Shown here: positions 13,171 through 27,300 of the stretch, piece after piece
How positions within the stretch are numbered: the first letter of the stretch is position 1
Layout of the letters: the number at the start of each line of letters is the position of its first letter
Origin: Balanoglossus misakiensis
Taxonomy: Eukaryota > Animalia > Hemichordata
DNA length: 64,000 nt
Reading direction: 5' to 3'
Assembly (NCBI GenBank): GCA_040954595.2
Contig: CM082592.2
Location: 7,613,677 to 7,677,676 of the forward strand
The notes under the pieces: generated by a model
The model's input: only the letters and a program-made list of their open reading frames with translations
Database searches by the model: none
Told to the model about the DNA's origin: nothing
Program-made: the position numbers and the translations under genes

Positions 13171-15235
13171 GACACACTTCATGCACTTGGTAGGGTACGG
13201 GCTGGGTGTGGTAGTGGTTGTTGTTGTTGTTGATTGAGTGAGCTGTATCACCGTGGTCTGTTCGCGATTCACTGACATTGTACAGTTTTCGTTGTCTTTT
13301 ACAGATGTTCATATCTTTGTGTGTATCAGCAGGTAAAATATACAAATATCACAGACGAAATAGACCTACGTATATGAAATAGTGACAGACCTAAAAGCTC
13401 GAAACAAAACTAACTTTAAAGTTTAACTTTCAATGCTAACGCTTTAAAATGATTTACTTTTTTTTGTTTCTGACTATACTGTTTTATACGTTAAAACAGT
13501 TGCTCTGCAATTGTTCTACGTGGTTTTCCTTCGTTTTAATATTTGTTCTTCTCACTTTTTTATATCTCGCTTTTGCGGCATTTGTGTAAAAGTATATTTT
13601 ACAATGTAGTAAGAATTTTTTAGTTTTTTTGCAACTCGTAACTTTTTAAACATAGAACACGTTTGCGCGCCTTACTGACTGTGGTGTTATTTGCTTTACA
13701 TACTGCAGGCTTGCGATTTTCAGTCATTTTGCTGTAGGGGGCCTTTGACTACATGAACTTTTTTTCGGCAAAACGTACCCAGCCGCCAAAGCAAACAAAC
13801 GCACGCGGACGTGACATGCAGTGCAGACACTGGCCAGTAGTCATTCTACAGTTGGTCATGAAAACAACGCGTGTTGAGGAGAAGTGTTGGACAGATAACA
13901 TATCGCTGTAGGCTGGGAAACAGATAACAGAGTGTTTTGTTTTTGCCCCCAACACCACCCCACAACTTAACCTATCTGAAATCGCACGTGAAAAGGCTTT
14001 TAAATAGCAGAAGGGGGTCGGGTGCCGTGTTCATCGAACACCGGCAAATCTTTGACAATCATTCAAAAGGTAAACACAACGTTTATTATTAGACGTCCAG
14101 GGGCTAGTTGCAATCAACATGATGTATATTTCACATTTCGCGGCATAACAAAACAGTCCCGGTGGAAGATGCGGCTCCATTTTCTTTTCGAGCGTGTCTA
14201 GGTGTTCTTATGACCATGGTTGCGCACATTTTCGCGTGGTCATCTAGTGAAAAACCACGTACATGCGAGAAGTCAAGATCCTAAGACAATTATTCACATC
14301 TACTAGAAAAATCTATGTATAAATTGTATCGTTGTGTACAAATTACGCGTATTTATGGCAGATAATCCCAATAAACAATTTGATCTTTGAGCAGAAGCAT
14401 CGTTTTTTTTAAACTGTTTGACAGCTGTACTTTGGACACACGGCCGGGTAGGCTAACATGGTCCAGTTTTAGAGAAATGTATAACGCATTGATAGCAGTA
14501 CGTTTTCTGATCATGGAATTTCCATTTATGCATGCAATTTGCACATATTTATGATTTGCTTGTGTTTGGTTCCGTTTATGCGGAATTCCAAATCTGACCA
14601 AAACTAAACTGTTCCCAAGAAAACTTAACTTCTGCGTTAAAATAGTGATAATAGGCCTACACCTCCCGTTTGGTACATTAACATCAGATTACGCCAAAGT
14701 GACAAATAAAGCGCCAAACCCAGTACTCGGAATCAACCCTACAAATATCGCATTTGCCAAAAAGCAAACATTTATCACCTTTTCGATGATATCATTTTAA
14801 TTTATAGTACAATACATTGAGCGATTGAAAATAACGATACGTATCTCCGAGTCCCTCAACCTGATTTCTCCACAGTCCAGAAAAAAACTAAGTTTATGTG
14901 AGGCAATAAAACATATCTAACCCCCTTTAAACTCCTTATATTTCATACTAGTAATTTTCGTGGAATCTTTGAACAAATTTAACAGTTTAACACACTTTAA
15001 TCACGACACTCGCCCGGCCTTTTATGGGAATTTTCCATCGTTCGCACTTGCTACAGGGTCCGAGGTGAACACCCTAGCACGTATTGTGTGACTGGTCGTT
15101 TTGCACGTACACAATTCCGACAGTGCTTCTACCTCCAAGCATAGACAGTAGAGCTAGAGGAGGGGGGGGGGGGGGGGGGGCGGAGAGAAAACGAAATTGA
15201 TGACGGATTCGTGTTTTCTTAAAATGAAATGTAGC

Positions 15236-15270
<35 letters not shown>
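15236..15270. repeat. (GAT)n microsatellite
   Basis: About 11 perfect GAT units; a 20-nt G run lies just upstream at 15161-15180. Confidence 0.95.
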
Positions 15271-15271
<1 letters not shown>

Positions 15272-15462
15272 ATAACTATAAATATGTCAAAATGACGTCA
15301 TAGGGATTCGTCAGCATGACTAGAGCAATGAAATTAGAAACCTACGAACAAACTTGTCTGGGCAAGAAGTTTTACCTTTGACCTTTCTCTGTTAAGAAAC
15401 AGACACACACACAACAACTACACCTACAGTACACGTACACATTCTCTGACAGATTGCGAGTT

Positions 15463-18400
15463 ATGTCGTCGCAGGGTGAAGCGTGGGCCCAGATCGTATC
15501 CACGACAGATTTTGATTCAGACGCAATTCAAATAGCCAAGGATGAATTTGTGATTGGGCGGGCACAAGGTGTGTTTCGCGACAGAGCACGCACATAATAA
15601 CAGCAGGCACTCTAGCTGCAATGATTGTAGCGGGTGCTGCTATGAACACAACACTCAACCTAGCAGCACCCGCTACAATCGTTGCAGCTACAGGCACTCG
15701 CTTGAGCTTTGATTTGAAGCGTATATGGCCCTGGGTCAGGTGACGCACAGGCTAGGTTAGGCAACTGGTTAAATCATGAAGTCAGAAAGGTTCCATGGGT
15801 TGATAGAGACAGAGTGGTTTGTGTATAAGAGTGGTCAATGGTTTGTGATGCAACACAGCGTAAAACATTGAGCCAAACGCCTGCACTTGACCAACAAAAG
15901 GGGGTGTTGATAAGCTAAAACAAGAATTCAAACTGTGGTTGATGCACGAAAATAAAAAGTTTTAAATGGAGCTTAATACATAAATGATCATGCCACCATA
16001 AATTCTGCAAGTTTGGTAGGCCCAGTGTACAGTATATGAACATAAAACATCCTAAGTTCTGGAAAAGGAAAATGCAAACAGACCATTATTGTTGCTGCAG
16101 GCAACTGGCCTTAATCACTACTATTTTGAATCAAGAAAAATTCTATATTGATCCCTTAATTGTCTTCTTGATGCTAACACAGTGGCTTTTGTTCTTTTTG
16201 TCTATATTCTAGCTTGTGACTTGTCTCTCAGTGGTAACAAGTTAGTATCAGGAAGACACTGTAAAATCATACGAGATCCTGAAACGAAACAAGTATGGCT
16301 GGAAGATGGCAGGTCAGTGGACGCAAAGTTATTTTTGCTTCATTTTAGAAGCTCTCCAGTTGTTTGTTAAAAATAGTTCAATATAATATACTTGATCATA
16401 CTTGGTTCACAGTTGTCTGTTTTGTCTGATTTCAGCACAAATGGGACATATGTCAACATGAAGATAAAAGTGTCGAAGGGCCAGGTAAAACCAATTACAC
16501 TAAAAATGATTAAATTCGTTGCAATATTTCTGATTATTTTAGTGACTGTGTTACTTTTTTTTCATGAGGTATGCAGAGATTATAAAGTAATATCTTCTTT
16601 TATTCCTGCAGAGATTAAAAATAAATCATGGTGATGAAATCCATGTTGTTTTGTTCAAAGACCAAGAAGAAAAAAGTAAGTTTCTGTGGAAATAATACTC
16701 ATCAGGAATGTTGGGCAATGATGCTATTATGCTAGCAATATGCAAAAAAAAAGCGCTGGCTCATTATATATACCAGCATTTTGCCATGGATTACTGTGTT
16801 TGTACTGTATGTAGTGTCAAAAGAAATTGAGACTCATGGTGGGAACTATAAAACACACACATTCCTTCATTCCAGATGTGGCATATCTGTTCCAAGATCT
16901 GGCGGTGCTGGAAAGAGAATCACTGGAAGAAACGGTGGAATACAGCGGCGATGACCGGAGTTCAGGTCGGTCAAACACACATTGTCATTTTATCAAAACT
17001 GGGAAGTTAAATGTTAGATTCTCTCAATCTTGTAGCTAGTTATTGACATGTACACCCTGTTACAGCTGAGCTATAGACAACAGGCTTCTTTAACACTGGG
17101 CATTCAATGTCTTGTTGAAATTTTTATTTGATCTAGATGACCCAACACAGGAGTATGAAATCATGGAAGATGTGGAAGACATTGTTACAGTGAAGAGACC
17201 TCTAGCGCAGGTAGGCTTTGGAACTCCACACCCAATTCCCTTTCAAGCAGATAAAACTATATGCAAATAGTACTACATAATACATATATTTATTTGACCC
17301 AAAACCACACCCCTGAAGACCGCTGCAGAACAAACTGTTCATTTAATTACATGCCCTGGGTGTGTGAAATTCTGGCATTTACAGGGAGCATCTGTCACAG
17401 GTTTTCAGTTTTATCTGTCTGTCGTCTTGTCCATTAATTTCATTTGACGTCTATAGGACGATGACCACAGCAGTGGGCCGGCCACTAAGAAAACAAAACA
17501 AGATACTGCAGAGGAATCAGCGGCGGATGTTGCTGCCATGGAGACGAAGGATTCAGAAGTGTTGAACGCACCAGCTGAAAGTACTAGTGAAGAGGAAAAA
17601 GTGAAAGAAACAAAGTCAGACGAAGAAAAAGGTGTGTATTCTTCCAAATATGAGGCCCACTTGATGAAAAATCAATCGTCCAAAATCAGATGTAGAAATG
17701 CACCCATCTCAGGAGTTTTCCCTGATTTTTCAAATGTGGGATGTCTCCTTCTGCAGCCGTCCCTGGCCAGGAAAAGGAATGGGATCTGGAGAAGGAAAGC
17801 GCAGCTGCCGAACGGAAAGCAAGAGAGATAGAAGCTGAGTGGAAGGAGGGTCAGGAATCGGAAGGACATGCCGGTGTCTGCAAGAAAAGCGGGGATGGAA
17901 TTTCCGGAGATTATGGAAAGGATATTGAGAGGGATGAGATGGAAGAAGCATTGCTCTGTGGGATATGTCAAGATATGCTACATGACTGTATCAGGTGAAC
18001 TTCATTCAGGAAATTTATTTGGTAAAACACAGTGTATCAGAGAAATGTGGCACTGCATGTTATCGGCATAGTTTTCATCTTCATAAAACCCAGTTTGAAA
18101 TCACATTTTTCGTGTGAAGACATGTTTCCCCTATCAAAGCCAGTATGAAACAATTTGACCCAAACTGGCATTTAAAATGTAACGACTTAAATCTTCCATC
18201 TGTTGGGACAAGCTTCCTGTTTTCAAAAAACAGCCAGCAAGTCTCTGAATTATATTTATCCGATTTCACTTACTATTTCCAGAATTTTTAATGCAATGCC
18301 AGCAGAATTTCCTCCCCTAAAATATCCCCACCTTGATTAAAATTCTTTTTGATTGAGAAAATTCATTCTTCTGGTATAAATTTCAAAATTTAGCTTATAC

Positions 18401-21400
18401 TTTTTTTTTGCTGGGTATTTTACAGTTTACAGCCATGCATGCATTCATTCTGTTCTTCCTGCTACTCCCCATGGATGGAAAAATCAAATGAGTGTCCGTC
18501 GGTAAGTTGAAGTGGCTGCATACCTCTTTAATGTGACAAAGGCAAATGAGAAAATGAAACTGAATTCATACTGAAACTATAAGATGTCTGTTCATGAAGT
18601 TTCATTTCCATAAAGCACTTAATTTCATTGAGTGAACTTTTGTTTTCTTACAGTGCCGTAACCAAGTGATGAGGCTCAGTCGTAACCACATCGTCAATAA
18701 CTTGGTCGAAGCGTATCTGAAAGAACATCCTGGTAAGGGACGTCCTTCACCTCTTCTGAGTTTCTGAAATTGTGCATCTCATTATCAGCACCTTGATTTT
18801 GTCATCATAGACACCCAATAAAAAGTATTTTGTACAGGCTTTTCTTCATGAAGAATTTGAGTCCAAATAATTAAGCTAAGCTGCTGTGGAAAGCACAACA
18901 ATGAGAGGCGTCGTGTGTGAGTATAATATTGACGTCACCTTTTTCTTGTCTGTCAGAAAAAAGAAGAAGTGAAGAGGAAATCAGAGAACTGAACGCCAAA
19001 AATAAAATCACTGATGACATGGTGAGTTTGAAGATACAGTCATCACACATGTTTGTCTTATTAACTGCCTGGACTACTTTAATGGCCAGCACTGCATTTA
19101 CAGAATGTAAATTTAGAACTATGGCAACTAATTTTTCTAATTTAGAAAGGTTGACTACAAATACTGACTGTCTGTGAGAAATAAATTCTTTAACAAGTAC
19201 TGGTATTTCCAGAAGGGTACTATTAATTCACATGCTTGGGGATGTTTTCAGGTTCAACCAAGACTGCGACGGCGGAATTTAGATGATTATGATGATGGTG
19301 ATTATGGTGATGATGATGATGATGACGATGATGAAGATGATGATGATGATCAAGTTGAATTGTGGGTAGCTATTTTCAAGTTGATGGAAGTGCTTTCAAA
19401 AGCCTCGAATGAATCCATTTTGGGTATTTTGGTGTTTTTGCATTGGTACCAGAGACATTTCTACTGATCTGCAAGTCCAGGTGTTATATAACCAAGTCTT
19501 TATATCAAGAAACACTGAATCAAAGTATATTTCATTCATCTCTTTCATACAATCGCAGGCCTGCAACCGGTTTTGGTGCCAGGATTATTGAAGCTGTAGG
19601 AGGATTGTTTGGTTTGGGTGTTGCAAGGTAAATTTCTGCAGTTGTTGTGCTGATGCAGTATTTGGTGTCTTTTCAGTATTAATGTATTCAATATCCATTT
19701 TCGTGTTGCATGGAGTTTATCGTGAAACTGTGTGTTTTGCTCACGGCCAGACCCCCACCAACGATCTGTAGGCAGTGCCCTGGGAATGTCGCTGAAACTA
19801 CAGCAACCGCTGCAGCAACTGCGACGGCTGCAACGGAATCTGCAGCATCAAGATCTGATGATGCGGGTCCAACTGGAGCCAATGCAAGTACCAGCACTGC
19901 AGCAAGCCCCGGCAGAGCTGCAGCGCCCGACCAGAAGCCGTCCACATCCACGGACGCAGCAGAACGCGATGCTGAGCCTTCAACGTCGACTGGGCTGACC
20001 GGAACTGGTCCACCACCATCCGCAACAAACACAAGGACCACTCCAGACGGCGAAATTGTCAAGATGCCCGACCCGCCCGACTACACCTGCGGTCAAGGCG
20101 AAGTCCACCTGATGTGTTTGTGCTGCAAGCAGGCCATGCCAGACAGGAGAACGGCAGCCGTTACAGACCCAGACATCCCTCCACAACAGTGTAAGTGCCA
20201 CGTAAAATTAGGAGGCTCAGGATACACACACACTTCCATTGTAATTGTGGCTAAGTCTGCATAAGTGACTGCATGTGTACCTTGAAGGGAAGTCTACATT
20301 CTCCAATTTTCAACATTTTACCACCAGACACTGTTGGCAAATCTGACATCATAGTACTGAAATATTTTAAATTTCTTAAAATGATATCAATTTCACAGTC
20401 AATTGTGGGATTTCAATTTTTTCTCTTCTGTTTTTTTTTTTATGCCAGGTGATATTTGTTACAGAGGGTACTGTCACATGTACTGGGGCTGCAAGAGAGT
20501 TGACTGTTATGGCTGTTTGAATCATTTCCGTGGTAAAGATCGGTCTTCGTGCCCCATCTCCACTATTTTTTTTGATGATCTGTTTATCAGCATTTCCCAC
20601 TGTAGCCTGTTGAAACATGAATCCAATATCTGTTGTTATTTTTAAACCAGCATGTACAGTCATCACTATCTTTTCTCTTTCAGACATGAATTTCGGGAAA
20701 AAATCACTAACCAGTGTCATTAACGATAACCCGTATGAATCGGAAATTTTTCGGGTAAGTGTGAATCAGGTCTTTTTTTAGTGGTGTTGTTTAGATGCTG
20801 TTTAGTGAAAGTTGCTGTGTACTGTAAAACTTCTATTAGAAGTGACAGCATAAATTTTAGAGATATACTGTTCTTGAAAAATGAAGGTTATCTATGGCTG
20901 TGTAATGAAAATTTAACTAGGTTCCCCCAAAAAAACAAACTGTTATCTTTATCTTACTCTTTTTAAACAGAATTACATGGAAGACAAGAATTTGTCAGTA
21001 AAGGATGTTTTACGGGAGTGTCTAGTTAGGCTCGACAGAGGTGAATATGTCAGCACAGGTAAGGAATCCCTAAATTGGTAGGGCTGCTCCAACACGTACC
21101 TAGAGTAATTTTGAGTCATGTTCACTTGATTGTTTGTGTGTGTGCATTCCTGTGTGTATGTGTGAGTGTGTGTTTGTGTGCCTGTGAACTTTCATTACCT
21201 CAAGTTCTGTTGGATTTAAATTGTTCTTGATAGTGATTTTTTACTTGTGGGCAATATTTCTTTTCCAGATGCGCACAATTTCAGAGGTAGAAAAGGGTCA
21301 GATGTGAGGATATGCTATCCGTGCGGGCTGCGGAATTTCAAAGAGCTGGCGTATCAGTTCAGGAGAGATATCCCTAGGAGTGAACTTCCAGGTGATTTGA

Positions 21401-22064
21401 GAGAGAAGGCAGTTTTTTGTCTGACATTTGCAAGTGCATGTATATGATTTTGAACACATCCGCAAGGGACTACATGTATGTATATGTAATTGGTTTAGGT
21501 AAAGTCACGGACCCTGGTAGAGTAAATTATCTTAGTTTGAAGACTTAAAATTTGTAAATATAAATTCCTGAGGACAGTGTTATACCACCACAAACAGTCA
21601 ACCACAGTTTGTGCCGAATTTACTTCTCAAAGAACGAGTTGCTCACTGCGCCCTCTATTGATGAGACGAGGCTTGAAATGTGAATGACTATGACTATGAC
21701 AAGGTGGATGGAATGTTCTCTCGTTCACAGCTGCTGTAACTTCCAGGCCAGATTGTTACTGGGGAAAGAACTGCAGGACACAGAGAAGCAGGCCACACCA
21801 TGCAGGGTAAGTGAATGATCATTGGTTGGGGGCATTGTGCACATGATCTGCATGTGACTTCCAGCCACCAATCAACATCTTTGAAACTGTGAAACTGAGA
21901 AAGAGGCAGTTTGATTGGCTATGTTTTCAATGGCTGTTTCAGGCGCACTCAGTAGCTACTGTACAGAGGAAGAGATGTTTTAATTCAATCGAACAAATGT
22001 CTAAGTGTGCTTTTTTCTTTTGTTCACCAGACGTTTCAACCATATTTGTGATCAAACCCGATAG
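15463..22064 (+). CDS. CHFR: E3 ubiquitin ligase CHFR (FHA, RING, Cys-rich and PBZ domains), multi-exon
   Basis: First exons 15463-15568, 16213-16312 and 16436-16484 give an FHA domain (EFVIGRAQACDLSLSGNKLVSGRHC...STNGTYVN). RING: CGICQDMLHDCISLQPCMHSFCSSC...CPSCR. Cys-rich: HLMCLCCKQAMPDRR, CHMYWGC. PBZ: RPDCYWGKNCRTQ..HHAGRFNHICDQTR*, stop at 22062-22064. Confidence 0.95.
15604..15699. mobile_element. 78-bp MITE with 30-bp TIRs and a 9-bp target-site duplication (Mutator-like), in the CHFR intron following the ATG exon
   Basis: Arms 15613-15642 and 15661-15690 are 29/30 reverse-complementary; CAGGCACTC is directly repeated at 15604-15612 and 15691-15699. Confidence 0.8.
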
Positions 22065-22571
22065 TGAAGAAGGAGGGGACACTAAAGGGGTCAGTTGTGT
22101 TGTTCGTATGTGAAGCTAGCGATACCCACAGGTGGACATACAAGATATACATGTATATGACCAATATGCAAAAATATTCACACACACACACACACACACA
22201 CACAAAATCTGTAGTAAATAACTTGTATCTAAAGTTTATACAGTAAAACCCTTTTTATTTTCAAATACATGTACAACAACAATATACAACTTTTTGAGAG
22301 AAACTTCCTGAACTTGCACTATCCTTTGCTGTAATTTCTGAATTCTCCTTTATTAATGGAGTAACATCACTGAGGAAGCGTCTTTAGAAACATTTACATT
22401 TGAAATTACGATAAAATGAAAAGGTATGATGACATAGCGACTCTTAATGTCTTTTAAGCTAATTTTATTTGCGTATCATCTTTGTAATGCATAAAAATTA
22501 CCCTGTGCGAATTCTTGACAATTGTATCAAGCATTTAAAATTTTATTCCTCGATAGGTGAAAATCTGTGAT

Positions 22572-24384
22572 TCAAAATTTGTGTTCGGAGCCTCGAAAAG
22601 ATGGCATCAACATCTCCTTGATTTTGTCTTCGATGTTCACGTAGTACCTCATTCTTGTGAGCAGCTCTTTGGCTTTGTGGTAGTCACCTGCAAAGAGAAA
22701 CAGATAAGTTTTTTGCAATGGTTATGTGTACACAGATATACACACATAAACATACACATCCATGTACTAAATATAGAAATTTAACCCCACAGAACATCTA
22801 CGGTATGGTAATCTTCAACCATGTCTTCAGAAACTTAAAATGCTTACAATCCAGACCTACACCTTTACTATGGTGGACAGAAGCCTTACCATTTGAAAAT
22901 GCATTGGACAATTCCTTCTGAAGTTTCTCTAACCTCTCTAGAAGATATAAATAATATTAAAGAAATCGTTACTACTTGCAAAGATTCAAATAGAATTCAA
23001 GAAAAATTATCTCATTTGTAATCAATCCTTCAGATAAGTTATGCCTTCTTACCCATATTTTCTTGATTTATCCTATTGAGTTTATCTGCAGAGTCTGCTT
23101 CTGCGACCTCTTCGTTGAGTTCCATGATTTCTAACAGGAACTCCATCTCAACGGCACTGTCCTCTTCTTCTATGGACATACCTTTTAGTTTTAGCTGTGA
23201 AGCAAAGATACATTTTCTGTTACAGCAGTTGATCACATAATGACTCCCAAAATTAGCTGTAGGTGTACTTCGAACTGAGATAATTCTGGACAACTGATAC
23301 ATTGCTGCGATTTTGTTTGCAATTATGGTGTGTTTACTGTCTATTGTCCAACTGAACAGGTGTTAAGTTGGCGTGTTGCTTCAAAGCCATAAATGTGGGT
23401 TGAAGATGGTACGGTGAATGCGCCCGAATGACAATATTTGTAAGCGCAGAAAAGATGCTCAGAACCTGAAAGCTATATTTTCTCACCAGATATAGTCCTC
23501 TTGATAGTGGTTTCAGTAGCGTATTGTAGGCTTTGTTGATAACTGACGACTGCTGCAGTGAATAATGCTGTTCCCTCTGTTCAAATCAGAAAAGGTTACA
23601 TGTTAGTACCTCCGCTGCATAATAAGACTTCGGCATGGATCATGTCTTTTTTATTCGGTGAAGAATCGTTTATCATTCTTGCTGAGCAGATACAGATGTC
23701 ATCCTTACCTCTCTCCTTATGGTAAATTTATCTGGATGCAATTGCCTCTGTAAATCTCTGTATTTCTGTGTTAATTCTCCAATGTTTATATCAAAAGACT
23801 GCTCACTGAAGACAAGAAATAAAGACAAGAGAAATTATTCAGTACAGTTTCCAGTTATATGTCACTGAACTCAAAACTGTATTTAGTTCCATCTCACTCA
23901 GGCAAACCAAAACGGACAGGGACCTACATGATATGACCCCCCCCCCCCCCCCCCCCCCCGAACAAGATACATGTTGATTGTTGGAGCGCCACCACCCTTA
24001 CCATTCCATCCTCTCGAAGTGAGTAGAGTCGTCTTCTGGTGGCAGAATCGAATCACACTGATCACAAAAGTACACAGCTTTGTGATCGTCTGCAGCGACG
24101 GTTGACCGGCAGCTCCAGCATATTCGTGACAACGAGCAATAATTCTGAAACGAACGTAGAGCGGCTGACGATGGTTCCACAGTGAGAAGTTTCTTGACCA
24201 TGAATGTTCTTAGACTCGTCGTAGATGTTCTGTCACATCTAAGAATGTCCCAATCTACAGTTATCGACGAGAAATGTCGTTTAGATGTGTTACATTGTTG
24301 CCCAAGAGGTAGATGCGCTGAATTCCTTAGAACAGACGATAAATACTGACAAGATTTCCGAACTTGTCGTATGGGCGCAGCCAT
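22572..24384 (-). CDS. HSCB: Iron-sulfur cluster co-chaperone HscB (Hsc20), mitochondrial
   Basis: Exon 1 (24002-24384) encodes a presequence plus a CWSC...CDQC zinc site. Exon 23709-23805 carries the J-domain LQRQLHPDKF, followed by SSVINKAYNTLLKPLSRGLYL and EFLLEIMELNE. Last exon 22572-22687 contains RMRYYVNI. Confidence 0.95.
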
Positions 24385-27300
24385 CTTGAAATTTGTTATT
24401 TAACATCCACAATGCATCGGGTTGAACGTCATTTCCGCCGCGGCAAAATCGATAAATTTGGCGTCTGCTACACTGAAATGAGCTACAGCTCGACTAGACT
24501 GGCACGGTGGTGTGAAAGGTTCCCAAAGAGTATGGTCCAGCACCGGACGAACTTGGGGAGTGAGTAGCAATTTCAACATAATCTTGCTCTAGCCCTAAAA
24601 CGTGGAAACAGGTCGTACCATGTCTTGTCCCGTCTTTGCAATTTGAACCACGCCCCCAAATGTTGTAGTGCGTGGCAGACTTGACTTGAGATAAAGTCTA
24701 CTAATTTGCAGGGGAAAAAAGTTTGTCAGTCACACAATGGTTCATTGAAACATAATGAATCTATGAATGATATTTCTTATCAAGCAAGTTGACTCAAAAA
24801 ATTTCCAAACCAGAGTGCATGGATGACATTGCATTTGCAGCAACGAACAAGCAGTCAGCTGTTGTTGACATGGTAACACAAGTGACTGTTAAAGATGATA
24901 TAATGCCCTTTCTACTTTTGTAATTGAAGAAGAAATTCTCCTCATGTGTACCTGCGTTCTAAATCTAAGTTGGTGCAGCAATATCTAAACAGAAAAGAAA
25001 TCGCTTTAGGTGATCACTGTACTGATCAACAAAAACCTGCCATTATCCATATACAATGTATTGCCATAGCCAACACTGCCACAGTTAATTGACAACCATG
25101 CAATTCTGATTTCATGTATCAAGATACATTTCCTCCTGGCCTTATGGTTTGATGTTTCTTCCAGCTAGCTTTTGACATGAATTGAAGGCTTTCTCTATAG
25201 ATGTTTTGTTACTGCGTAAAAGAAAGATATTGATTGAGCGTATCAGTCTCGATCGTGGCAAAGTGGGAGCTCCATCATTCTGACGTCAGTTTTAGATTCA
25301 GATTCAAAGAACAGTTTAGTGATGAAAGGTAAACAGGAAAAGAGGAAGTTGTTTTCCCGGCAGGATTCCATAAGAAATTGCTTTTAAGTTTTATCACTTG
25401 CTGTCTTAAAAGAAAATGCCACTAGTTGCTACCATGGGTACCGCAATTTGTGAAAAGAGTGTGGATATAAGCATTCGTAATGGAAATATATTTTAACCCT
25501 TTCACCACAATGGTTCAGCCCAATCCCACTGTTATCATCAGCAAAGGTGGACCTCTGTACAGGGAAATACTGAAACTGTATGAAAAATAAAAATAAAAAT
25601 GATGAATTTGGGATGAAATGAAAGTGGAATAAAATATCATGTTTATGAAGACTGACTGCAGCTACTTTTATCAGCAGAAATTGCTAAACTGTAATTTTCA
25701 TGAATTTATAAGTCATAAATTTGTGAAGAGTTAAATTTTTTTTACAGTTTTGTATCTACTCAGTTACTTCTTTTCATACTACTTAGCGAAAAAGGCCATC
25801 GTAGAATCATTGTCAGCTAGTAAGCTGTCAGACAGGGTACATCGATCAATTGCATTTTACTCTTGAATGGAAGAGTAATCAAATGCCATGGTAACTACCC
25901 TCGGAGCTTTTAAGAGAATGACCCTGTAGGGTTTTCAGTCATTTGTATAAAAAAATGTATAACCGTGAAGCATTAAGATCCTGACTGGGGAGTTACTTGC
26001 AGCAAAAGATTTATTGTTGCTATTATATTTAACTTCTAGTGATGGCATATGAAAAATTGCACAGGTCGTGAAAATATAACAAATTATTAACTGCAGGCAT
26101 AAACCTGTTTCTGTATAAATTTATATCGCATGTTGGCTGCAAGTAAGCCGGTGAACTTTATCAAGACACAATTTAGAGGAAGGAATAATTTGATGAGTGA
26201 AAGTCTGATGTTCCTTGTATCAGTAGATTTTGCCACATACCTAAGAATTGTCGGTGCACACACAGGAGAAAGACCCAAGTTGTACAGTTTGTTAAACAAA
26301 CACATTTATTTGTGTGGCCAGGCAATTGATTTAGCGAGCTGTATCGGTGATACACACAGCAGCTCAAACGTGCAAGCTGGAGTGGATCCCCAAGGATTAC
26401 ACATGATTTGATTTTATGATGATAAGTAAAACCATCTAACCTTGACAATTCAACCTCCACAAAATACGATAGCGTTCCCAGATCCCATTGGATTATCACA
26501 TGTTGTATCTTGCCATCGCAGGTTTGATCCAATTCACAGGAAACAGATACAATAAGGTCACAAATTGAAGCGGTGGTCTGATAGGGTAACTTAAGTACCG
26601 GTAATTGATTTTCTGGTCTGTGCAGTGTCTTCTTGTAGCAAGTTTAGAAATCGGGGACGAATGATGCAATATTTGTAGTGAGAAATTGATGACTGAGGTC
26701 CTGCTGATGATTTAGGGGTGATTATCAATTAAAAAGTATCGGTTGGTCACCATTTAATTTGGGGAAACCCTAATAATATCAAAACTCATAGCTTGTAGTC
26801 TTTTGCCGGCTACTGGCTCTTACTAATGTACACCCTGAATGAAAGATGCCATGATGAAAAGCAAAACGTCAACAAGTCATCTGACATGCAGGCTGGCCGT
26901 TAGGGAGGACCTGACACACACAATTTATAATTCTGCTCTTCATCTTCCTCACGTCCCCTTGAGATTAACCGATGTATCTGGGAACATCAAACGTGATTAA
27001 TTTGATCAGAGTCTTGACACATGGCTAACTGTGTGATCCTTGAAAATGCTTCACGTGATAGCTTGAGAGGAAACTCAGTATTTTTGTATCTTTTTAAGGA
27101 CACACACACACTCCTTGGAGACAGATTTTTCAGAAAAATGATACTTCTCCAAACCTTTCAAGTCCTAATTATTATTCATAACTTTATAAGAGAATAATCT
27201 GAAGTTTTCTTGAGCAAAATATGAGAAAATGTTTAGATGCCTGAACGTGTACAGAGTAGTGTTAATGAATGGAAATTTCTATGCTGATTCCGATCAAGTC

